64,000 nt of DNA. Source: an uncultured bacterium. Its GTDB lineage: Bacteria > Fidelibacterota > Marinisomatia > SCGC-AAA003-L08 > JACNLC01. Of this stretch, positions 37,994 through 45,593 are shown piece by piece (positions within the stretch are counted from its first letter, which is position 1; each line of letters begins with the position of its first letter). Position numbers and translations under genes: made by a program. A model generated the notes under the pieces. That model made no database searches, had not been told where the DNA came from, and worked only from the letters and a program-made list of their open reading frames with translations. The stretch is from contig CAZGNZ010000001.1 of the NCBI GenBank assembly GCA_964527215.1, forward strand, positions 129,276-193,275, given 5' to 3'.

Positions 37994-38901
37994 TATTCTT
38001 CCTCCTTATTGTATAGTTTCATTGCCAGGCCCAGCAAACCGGCCAGAAGAATCGGTCCACTGAATCCTTTGAAAATACCATGCTGAATGGATTCAGTCAG
38101 GTGCGCGGGGCAGTCACTGGACAGTACCGGGAGGTCAACCTCCTCAAAGGGCACATTTGAGATGTACATCCAGCTGGTGCCGCCGACTTCATGTTCACCG
38201 TAAACATGATCCACATAGCGGTCCGGGTGTGTTCGAATACGTTCATGAGCGAGTTCAAGCAGCTCGCTCCTTTTTCCGAAAACCATCACTTCACGCGGGC
38301 AGATCGAAACGCAGGCCGGGAGTTCACCGGTTTCAATGCTCTGTTCAAAGCAAAGTCCGCATTTCATGACCTTGGGTGTCAGGGCATTGCTGTATTCATA
38401 CTGGGGAATTTGGAAGGGGCAGGCAACCATGCAGTAACGACAGCCGATACACTTGCTGGCGTCATATGTAACCGGCCCCTTCGGATTTTTTTCCAGAGCG
38501 CCTACAATACAGGCAGAAACACAAGCAGGATGCTCACAGTGCATGCACTGTACTTTTACATCCAGCGGGAAGCCGTCGATACCTTTTCCGGGATATCGGT
38601 TAACCACGGTGTACTGGTGGTCTGACGGCCGCCGAAATTCTTCCATAACAGAGGGATCGTCATACGAAGCAATGTCATCATGCGGCAGTCCATTGTTTTC
38701 TGCACATGCATATTCACATTTCCGACATCCGATACAAAGAGTCAGGTCAGACAGAACTCCTATCCTATCCGGATCAAGCATGGCATCATGCGTGGCCTTC
38801 TGGGCAGAAGTAATGTGCGTATTGGTGTGGGAAGGGACGGTGCTCGCTGCTGCAGTCCCGGATAAAAGTCCCACTGCCTTAAAGAATGATTTTCGATCCA
38901 T
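37993..38901 (-). CDS. Tat-exported 4Fe-4S ferredoxin-type subunit (NrfC/PsrB/HybA/HmcB-like) with a C-terminal TM anchor
   Basis: It has a Tat-like leader (MDRKSFFKAVGLLSGTAAAS, an RK variant). Cys clusters are CIGCRKCEYAC, CMHCEHPACVSAC, CIGCRYCMVACP and CGLC…CVSICP. The C-terminal helix is GPILLAGLLGLAMKL. Confidence 0.85.
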   Translation of the reverse strand: MDRKSFFKAVGLLSGTAAASTVPSHTNTHITSAQKATHDAMLDPDRIGVLSDLTLCIGCRKCEYACAENNGLPHDDIASYDDPSVMEEFRRPSDHQYTVVNRYPGKGIDGFPLDVKVQCMHCEHPACVSACIVGALEKNPKGPVTYDASKCIGCRYCMVACPFQIPQYEYSNALTPKVMKCGLCFEQSIETGELPACVSICPREVMVFGKRSELLELAHERIRTHPDRYVDHVYGEHEVGGTSWMYISNVPFEEVDLPVLSSDCPAHLTESIQHGIFKGFSGPILLAGLLGLAMKLYNKEEE

Positions 38902-38915
38902 GGTTGAATATTCCT

Positions 38916-40895
38916 TTACTTCCGGTTGTTTTCAGAAATATGTGACAGCTCTTTCATTTTCTTTAATTCGTTTTTTAAATCTCTTTCCATTTCTGCTTTG
39001 GCCTCTTCAACATAATCCGGATGCTCATGTGCATACATGTCTTCAGGCATCTTTCCGGTAAGCCATGACGGATTCATGGGATACACTTCCGGATTGAAAA
39101 CAGTCGAATAGAAATGCCAGATGGCAATAGCCAGTGTGGCAAGCCAGGCTTCCCAGTAGTGGACCACCAATGCCACATCCAGGACACCTTTCGGGAAAAA
39201 CTGAATAAAATAATTGTCAAACCACAGCAGCAGGCCGCTGACGATCATCACAACAGTACCCCAGACCAGCGCCCAGTATTCTGCTTTTTCAACGTAGCCG
39301 AATCTTTTAAACCGCGGAGATGTTTTTGACAGACCCAGATAAAATGCAATTCTGTGACCGAATTGAGTAAAATCAAGCAGTCTGGGCCACATATCCACAA
39401 GGAACTGGCGGCCGCGTCGGGTAAACAGAAAGATCGTGTGCCACAATACCGTTATAATAAACAGAACGGCAGCATAGCGATGGGCCAGACCGCGCATCTC
39501 AAATCCGCCTTCCCAACCGAAGAAGGTTTTTGCCATCCAGGACTCGCTGAAACGCAGTGAAAAACCGGTAATGACCAGTGCAATAAACGAAACCATTAAA
39601 AAAGTGTGCTGCCATACTTCATGCAGCTTCATTCGGCGAATTTGGGGTTTTTTGATGACAAGGCGAAGCTGGCGATACAGGTCCAGAATCCAGTGTATCA
39701 CCATAAAACCGATAATAATGACTATGGCAACGATATATATTTTTTCAACGATATCCGCCACGGTAGTCTGCAGACCTGTACCCGAAACACTGTGAATGGC
39801 AGTGCTGGCCAGTTTGGCCGAGATTCCGGGGTGACATTCACCACAGGTCGCTCTCAGATTGTTGGGGTGAACGGTTGAGCTGGGATCCGTGCTTGGCAGG
39901 ATTCGGTGGACGCCATGGCAGGATGCGCAGTTGGCTACATGCGTGTCGCCCGCCTTACTCTTTAATCCGTGATAAGAGTCAACAAAAGTATTCAGCCGTC
40001 CTGTCGGCAATCCGTATTTTTCATTAAGCCGGGTGGATTCATGGCAGGGAGAGCAGGTTGCTTCGGCAAGCCTTGCCGCGGATACGGGAGATCGGGGATC
40101 TGAGGGTGAAATAATGCCGTGTTCCCCGTGACAGTCCGTACAGACCGGGGCATCCGTTTCTCCTCTGTCAACCAGCTTACCGTGTATGCCGTCCATGAAA
40201 TCATTTTCGATTCCTCTATGACATTTTCCACAGGTCTGAGGAATATTGAAGTGATTTATTGCGGATTCAGGATGACCGGGTGAATAGATATGGTGCGAGC
40301 TGCCGCCTGAACTGTGACAGTCATCACAGGTTGCCGCGACATAAATCCCGCCTGTTGTGGCTTTTCCATGAACACTGTTGGAATACATTTCAACCGGATG
40401 CGACAAAAGCAGATCATACTGATTGATGAGGTCCAGGTTTTCGTGGCATCTTCCGCAGGTGGCGGGAAGATTGGTAGGATGCACCAGAGAATGCTTTATA
40501 TCCGGAGGCAGTACCTCGTGGGTGCCGTGGCAGTCAGCGCAGGAGGGGATATCTCCGCACTCCCCGACAATTTCACGTCCGTGAGCCTGATACTCTTCGG
40601 ACTGGTCATCATGGCAGGTTCGGCAGCCCTCACAGCCGACATCCAGATAGGCCTCTTCATGAGGGTAATACTCCTTATCCTGGTGACAGTCCTGACACTC
40701 AAGATCTTCATGGATGGAATGCGAAAGATCGTCTTGAATAACTGTCCCGTGAATTCCCGTTTCGTGACAGTCGCTGCATGAATCCGAATCAATTTCTTCA
40801 GCCTCTTCGCCAGCTGCCGGAAAAGCGAAACAGCCTAAAATGAGAGAAAAAAAGATCAGTAAACGGTGTGTATCGATTTGTTTGAGCAAGTGCAT
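38916..40895 (-). CDS. Fusion protein: 11-haem cytochrome c (periplasmic) plus C-terminal membrane b-type cytochrome domain (CbcL-like)
   Basis: It has a signal peptide and 11 CxxCH motifs (CSDCH…CGECH). These are followed by 4-5 TM helices with conserved His (…EVWQHTFLMVSFIALVITGFSLRF…AHRYAAVLFIITVLWHTIFLF…VHYWEAWLATLAIAIWHFY…). That region resembles the FdnI/HydC (Ni/Fe-hydrogenase b-type cytochrome) family. Confidence 0.85.
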   Translation of the reverse strand: MHLLKQIDTHRLLIFFSLILGCFAFPAAGEEAEEIDSDSCSDCHETGIHGTVIQDDLSHSIHEDLECQDCHQDKEYYPHEEAYLDVGCEGCRTCHDDQSEEYQAHGREIVGECGDIPSCADCHGTHEVLPPDIKHSLVHPTNLPATCGRCHENLDLINQYDLLLSHPVEMYSNSVHGKATTGGIYVAATCDDCHSSGGSSHHIYSPGHPESAINHFNIPQTCGKCHRGIENDFMDGIHGKLVDRGETDAPVCTDCHGEHGIISPSDPRSPVSAARLAEATCSPCHESTRLNEKYGLPTGRLNTFVDSYHGLKSKAGDTHVANCASCHGVHRILPSTDPSSTVHPNNLRATCGECHPGISAKLASTAIHSVSGTGLQTTVADIVEKIYIVAIVIIIGFMVIHWILDLYRQLRLVIKKPQIRRMKLHEVWQHTFLMVSFIALVITGFSLRFSESWMAKTFFGWEGGFEMRGLAHRYAAVLFIITVLWHTIFLFTRRGRQFLVDMWPRLLDFTQFGHRIAFYLGLSKTSPRFKRFGYVEKAEYWALVWGTVVMIVSGLLLWFDNYFIQFFPKGVLDVALVVHYWEAWLATLAIAIWHFYSTVFNPEVYPMNPSWLTGKMPEDMYAHEHPDYVEEAKAEMERDLKNELKKMKELSHISENNRK

Positions 40896-40920
40896 GGTTT
40901 TTCCTTCATGATTGTTGATT

Positions 40921-41385
40921 TCATGATGTGTCCGTACCAGTCGTGTATCTCAGGTACCGCTTTAAATTCCTATATGGTTCAAGATTTCGATATACCTCAC
41001 ATTCTCTGCAGCTGGATTTCGATAAACTGTCTGCAGCAAGCCAACAGGGCCCGGTGATTGATGTGACTGCACTGCACTGTGCATTGCCTCCAGAATTGCA
41101 TCCCCGAATATTCCAGCAGGGAATCAGTGCCAGGAGCGCTTTTATGCCGGCAATATTCAATCCCTGCTTTTCGATCAGGAAGCGAATATGGGTCAGGCGC
41201 TTAATATCGTTCACCGAATACAAACGATGTTTTGTCCTGGTCCGCTGTGTCAGTATCAGCCCGTTATTTTCATAAAGCCGAAGCGTGTGAACAGAAACCC
41301 CGATTATTTCCGCTGCTATTCCAATGGTAAAAACCGGATGGTCTTCTTCCAGCAGTTTATTTTCTTTGCGAGGTTTCAAATCCAT
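40921..41385 (-). CDS. MerR-family transcription regulator with a C-terminal Cys-rich two-CW-like domain (paralog 1)
   Basis: The HTH is …FTIGIAAEIIGVSVHTLRLYENNGLILTQRTRTKHRLYS…. The tail is …LALIPCWNIRGCNSGGNAQCSAVTSITGPCWLAADSLSKSSCRECEVYR…. I chose the ATG at 41385; the track's TTG at 41391 is possible. Confidence 0.8.
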   Translation of the reverse strand: MDLKPRKENKLLEEDHPVFTIGIAAEIIGVSVHTLRLYENNGLILTQRTRTKHRLYSVNDIKRLTHIRFLIEKQGLNIAGIKALLALIPCWNIRGCNSGGNAQCSAVTSITGPCWLAADSLSKSSCRECEVYRNLEPYRNLKRYLRYTTGTDTS

Positions 41386-41404
41386 CAACAATAAACTATA
41401 AAGT

Positions 41405-41426
41405 ATCTATATTTTAGGATATAGAT
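41405..41426 (-). promoter_or_regulatory. Perfect inverted repeat ATCTATAT-N6-ATATAGAT in the AT-rich region just upstream of the MerR/cytochrome operon (candidate operator)
   Basis: The palindrome is seen directly in the sequence, 20-41 nt upstream of the MerR start. MerR-family operators are typically dyads inside the promoter spacer. No -35/-10 assignment was possible by eye. Confidence 0.3.
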
Positions 41427-41545
41427 ATATTAAGATCATAATGTACAAATATAAAAGAAAATATGTCCTCTTTAATGAACATTGTTCAAAAAAAACCTGG
41501 CAGTCCTGATTGATTGTTCATGCCGAATAAAAACCGCTGAAAATG

Positions 41546-41570
41546 AAAAAGGGAGAGGTCGTCCTCTCCC
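41546..41570 (-). terminator. Rho-independent terminator downstream of the 1022-aa cytochrome gene
   Basis: On the minus strand it reads GGGAGAGG-ACGA-CCTCTCCC followed by TTTTTCATTTT. Confidence 0.65.
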
Positions 41571-41814
41571 TGTTGTTAACTTTTTTATCTGCATACCGGT
41601 TTCAACACTCCGATGTTGGTTCTTCAGAAAAACGTTTCCAGTCAGGAATCTTCTTCTGAAAATCAAACATCAGTGATCAGTCCCCAGTTGGGGAATTGGA
41701 AATGCAGCGTGAGTGCTCGTCCTTTCAGCGTCGGATTCGGAAATTCGATTCAAAGAGTTTTCCGGAAAACCGATCGGGTTGAACCAATTCTCACTCGCTG
41801 AAATGGTCCAACTG

Positions 41815-44800
41815 CTACTTCAGCAGCATAACCTTTCTGGATTCTGTGACGGTTTCCGTGATCAAACGTATGATGTAGACACCGCTTGCCTGACCGGAAG
41901 CATCCCAGTTCATGGAATGATATCCAGCCGGCATATTTCCACTGAACAGAGAGGTGATTTCCCTTCCCATGGCATCGTAAACGATAATTTCCAGTCTGCT
42001 GTCCTCAGGCAAGGAGAAATCAACAGTAGTGACAGGGTTGAAGGGATTGGGATATGCAGCGCTGAGTGCAAACTCATCCGGGATGGAATTCACCACCGCA
42101 AACACACCGTTGCCGCTCCAGTCGGCAGTCAGCATGGTTTCAACCTGAACAAGACCGGTATAATACAATAGGATATCTTCAGTCTCACTGCCGTTGGTGT
42201 TTACACCGACCAGGCGGGTATCTGAATGATCAACCAGCCAGCCGTCGGGCAGGTTTGAAGATGTGATTACGAGGTCACCCTGGAAACTGATTTCAAAACC
42301 GGCAATTTCCCCGTCAGACGTGATTTTCATCTCTCCGCCGCCAACCTGCAGCTGAGCTTCTGAAACAGGATTTAGACGCAAAACGTCATTACCAAGGATG
42401 TGGGCGACCACAGCCACAACATCCAGAATATCAATGGCTCCGTCTCCGTTCCAGTCACCTGCATAATCAATATAACTGGTGTGTTCCAAGTGACCCAGAA
42501 TTACACTGACAATCTGAACAATATCAAGAATGTCAATATTGAAATCGCCGTTCACATCACCGGCATCACCCACCATCACTGATTCCAGAGGTGAATTTTC
42601 GGACTCATTCTCATGAACATCCGTAGCCGTGATTGAATACATGTACTCACCGCCTGACGACAGGCCAACATCCTGAAAACTGCTGGTGGCGCTGTAGCCG
42701 ATCAACTCACCGTTTCGGTAGACTGTGAAATACTGAAAATCCGCATCCTGCGGCTCATCCCAGCTGATTTCAACAGACTGATTTCCATAGACTGCCAGGA
42801 ATCCGGACGGAACGGTTGGTGCAAGATTGTCGACAGAGTATCCTTCTGCAACGGTGGATTCGTATATCATCCCTGCCTGGGAAATCGAATACACCTGGAA
42901 TGAAGTCAGAGCATTGTCAACAGATGTGGAATCAAACAATGTGGGCACTACCAATGAGTACCGGTCGCTGCCGTCCGCAGGATGATCCCCGACAAGAGTC
43001 CATGTATCATCATAGGCATCATACCGTTTAATCGTATAGAACTCCACCGGGTCAGGCGCGATGCCGTCATTAACAAATGCATCCCAAATCACTTTGACCT
43101 GGCCTCCCTGGTCATTGGGAATATCATCAATTGAGACGATATCGCCATCGAGAGCACCGTTCTGCATGGCGGTTATGGATGCATTCAGCAATGCAACGGT
43201 AAAGGCCGGGTTGTGAATGCCGTAGCTGTGATCATAATACACCATGTCATAGTTGAAAGCGGCCTTCAATTCGGTCAGCGACCATGTTTCATCCACATCG
43301 TCATGGGGATCATAATGAGTTGTGTCGTCGGAATGGGGCAGCATGGCTCCTAATATGTCAAGGAGTCCGTGAACCTCGTGCTGCAGCCCTTCAGGTGTGC
43401 CGTCGCCGTCAAGATCCGCATTGCCGTCAACATAAAACATTTTTTCATCAAATGAATCACCCACATCACCGTGACAGTCAGTGCAGATGGCTACATTGTC
43501 AACGCCCTCTTCCGTAACAACCGAGAATGAATGCCCGCCGACCAGCAGCGAATGTCCTTCATCATCGGTCATCGGCGAACCCATATGACATGACGTGCAT
43601 GAATTCTCAATGCCGGCCAGATGAGGTGAGGTGGGCAGATCAAGTCCAAAAGTGATCGCATTGGTTGCCGCCAGCATATCTGCCTGCGGAACATAATGCG
43701 GACCGTAATGTGAATGCGGCTCATCGGAGTAGGAGTCTGCGTCACGGCGGCCTTGATGACAGTTCATGCAAAGCTTTCCGGATCCGCCCTGGGTGACCAT
43801 TTCTCCGTTGTTCAGCTCAACATCCGCCAGAGTACGTATCTGATACATGTTTTCAGCACTGTGCGGTTCATGACAGGTGGCACAGGTGATCGGCATATAA
43901 CTGGGATCGAAATCGGGATCATCGGTTTCAACGCCGTCAACATACTGTATAAATCCGGTTCCGGTATGACATCTGACACAGCTTTCCCTGCCGGGTCCGG
44001 TCGGGTATGATGTGGGTGCTGCATGACCGGAAATATCCCACTGCTCCGGATATACATGATAATGACCGTCATCGTGGCAGTAGGCACAATTTGCGGATTC
44101 CAGGTTGGATACCATGCGGTTATCGGACGTTTGACCCATATGAGCACTGCCCGGTCCATGACAGCTTTCACACTGAATCCGACCCAGCTGCATTGCATCA
44201 GGGTAAAAATCATAAAGCAGATCAAACACACCCGGGAAGAGATGACCGTCCTCTGAGCCGTAATTGTCAACCAGATCAGCCGAGTCAGGAAATACAAATT
44301 CCCAGTCATCAAATCCATCGTTATCCGCATAAATATCGTGACCGGTTGTATGGCAGTCCAGACAGTAGCTGGCATAGTGGTCACTCAGTGTTCCATTCAT
44401 TCCTTCCTCAAAGATGGAGTAGTGACCAGTCATTTCCCATTCCGAATGCTGATCTGAGTGACACATACCGCACAAACCGTCATCTATTCCAATATAGTGG
44501 GCTGCATTAACAGTGACCTCGGCCATAACACCATTATCAGAAAATTCAATAATATATGTACCCTCCAGATCCGGCATGAAAGAAATTACCTGAGTATATT
44601 CATCAGGATTTTCTGAAGGACCCGGTACCGAGGCAGAACCGGCAGGTGCAGACAAAACTGTCCAGACAGGGGCTGTCAGAACAGCATCGGATGTACCCTG
44701 AAGGAACATGGTGGTTTCAACACCGACATTCAATAATCCCGTATATCGATACTCATATATGTCCAACGTATCCAGACCGGCTTCGCGGGGCGAAACACCA

Positions 44801-44883
44801 TATGGTTCCACAGTTACTGTCTGTGACAGCAGGACAGTGAACATGCATATTATTACAATTGGTAGCAGTGGTGCATTTTTCAT
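41815..44883 (-). CDS. Cell-surface multihaem cytochrome c: 9 CxxCH motifs, beta-sandwich/FN3-like region, dockerin-like repeats and a T9SS C-terminal sorting domain
   Basis: It has a signal peptide (MKNAPLLPIVIICMFTVLLSQ) and an AGGAGG Shine-Dalgarno. Motifs are CGMCH, CLDCH, CESCH, CAYCH, CVRCH, CATCH, CMNCH, CTSCH and CTDCH. The dockerin-like pair is DVNGDFNIDILDIVQIV…/DWNGDGAIDILDVVAVV… (nt ~42391-42570). The C-terminal tail (nt ~41818-42084) is …SAAYPNPFNPVTTVDFSLPEDSRLEIIVYDAMGREITSLFSGNMPAGYHSMNWDASGQASGVYIIRLITETVTESRKVMLLK. Confidence 0.9.
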   Translation of the reverse strand: MKNAPLLPIVIICMFTVLLSQTVTVEPYGVSPREAGLDTLDIYEYRYTGLLNVGVETTMFLQGTSDAVLTAPVWTVLSAPAGSASVPGPSENPDEYTQVISFMPDLEGTYIIEFSDNGVMAEVTVNAAHYIGIDDGLCGMCHSDQHSEWEMTGHYSIFEEGMNGTLSDHYASYCLDCHTTGHDIYADNDGFDDWEFVFPDSADLVDNYGSEDGHLFPGVFDLLYDFYPDAMQLGRIQCESCHGPGSAHMGQTSDNRMVSNLESANCAYCHDDGHYHVYPEQWDISGHAAPTSYPTGPGRESCVRCHTGTGFIQYVDGVETDDPDFDPSYMPITCATCHEPHSAENMYQIRTLADVELNNGEMVTQGGSGKLCMNCHQGRRDADSYSDEPHSHYGPHYVPQADMLAATNAITFGLDLPTSPHLAGIENSCTSCHMGSPMTDDEGHSLLVGGHSFSVVTEEGVDNVAICTDCHGDVGDSFDEKMFYVDGNADLDGDGTPEGLQHEVHGLLDILGAMLPHSDDTTHYDPHDDVDETWSLTELKAAFNYDMVYYDHSYGIHNPAFTVALLNASITAMQNGALDGDIVSIDDIPNDQGGQVKVIWDAFVNDGIAPDPVEFYTIKRYDAYDDTWTLVGDHPADGSDRYSLVVPTLFDSTSVDNALTSFQVYSISQAGMIYESTVAEGYSVDNLAPTVPSGFLAVYGNQSVEISWDEPQDADFQYFTVYRNGELIGYSATSSFQDVGLSSGGEYMYSITATDVHENESENSPLESVMVGDAGDVNGDFNIDILDIVQIVSVILGHLEHTSYIDYAGDWNGDGAIDILDVVAVVAHILGNDVLRLNPVSEAQLQVGGGEMKITSDGEIAGFEISFQGDLVITSSNLPDGWLVDHSDTRLVGVNTNGSETEDILLYYTGLVQVETMLTADWSGNGVFAVVNSIPDEFALSAAYPNPFNPVTTVDFSLPEDSRLEIIVYDAMGREITSLFSGNMPAGYHSMNWDASGQASGVYIIRLITETVTESRKVMLLK

Positions 44884-45283
44884 GAAGTAACCTCCTGTTG
44901 TTGGTCGGAATTAGGATTAATTCCTTTAAGATAGGATGAGTGAATTTAGCAGATGAGTTATTGTGATAACAAGACCTAAATGTATTAAATATAATATAAT
45001 GTTTATCAATAAATGCAATTAATATAAATAATAGATAATAATTATAATAAATATTGAAATACACCCAATGCAAATATTTCAGTGTAGGATATTTATGGGA
45101 TTGCTTAATTCAAGGATATAATTTGAAAATTTAAACCGAATTTTTCATGAGAATATCTGTGCGTAAACTGTTTCATAATTTCCGGTTTATGATAGTTCTG
45201 GTTGATTCTGCACAGACAGTCAGCAGACTGATTTTAAATTAGCTCGATATTTGTTCTCATTGTACTGTCCGGTACAATGTCGA

Positions 45284-45530
45284 TGAATTTCCCCGCCCGT
45301 CAGCTGACGGGTGGGGTATCAGTAAACGATCGGGTCATTATATGTCTCGCCGCCACGCCAAATGACGGATTTTCAATAACCGGCGGGGAATCCACCATGT
45401 CACACTTGTCAGTCAGGAGACGGATTAAAAATCCGCCAACCGGCGGATTCATATCTCTTTGCAGGCCTTTCATAATCAATCGTCTCCGCCATTTCATTTC
45501 GAAACCTCATGAAACATCCGGACTAAAAAG
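45284..45530 (-). repeat. REP-like hairpin element cluster, copy 2 (core module inverted relative to copies 1 and 3)
   Basis: On the + strand it reads ATGAATTTCCCCGCCCGTCAGCTGACGGGTGGGGTATCAGTAAACGATCGG…CGCCGCCACGCCAAATGACGGATT, the reverse complement of the copy-1/3 consensus. Extra hairpins follow (CCGGCGGGGAATCC…, AATCCGCCAACCGGCGGATT). Confidence 0.8.
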
Positions 45531-45534
45531 ACCA

Positions 45535-45566
45535 GACCGGATTGAACCGGTCTGGAAATTGGAATC
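45535..45566 (-). terminator. Rho-independent terminator after the 833-aa cytochrome gene
   Basis: On the minus strand it reads CCAGACCGG-TTCAAT-CCGGTCTGG followed by TCTTTTTAG, 28 nt downstream of the stop at 45594. Confidence 0.65.
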
Positions 45567-45593
45567 TGAAGTTCAGCTGGAATACGTTTTGGG

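Noticed and set aside
36779-38901. Annotating the FeS/NrfD pair as polysulfide reductase PsrBC or nitrite reductase NrfCD.
   Set aside because: No molybdopterin (PsrA) gene and no pentahaem NrfA-type (CxxCK) gene is present. The coupled partner is a 13-haem cytochrome, so only the generic electron-transfer module is supported.
42391-42570. Interpreting the dockerin-like repeats as evidence for a cellulosome.
   Set aside because: No cohesin, glycoside hydrolase or scaffoldin is present in the window. Dockerin-type Ca-binding repeats are common in non-cellulosomal surface proteins of T9SS-bearing lineages.
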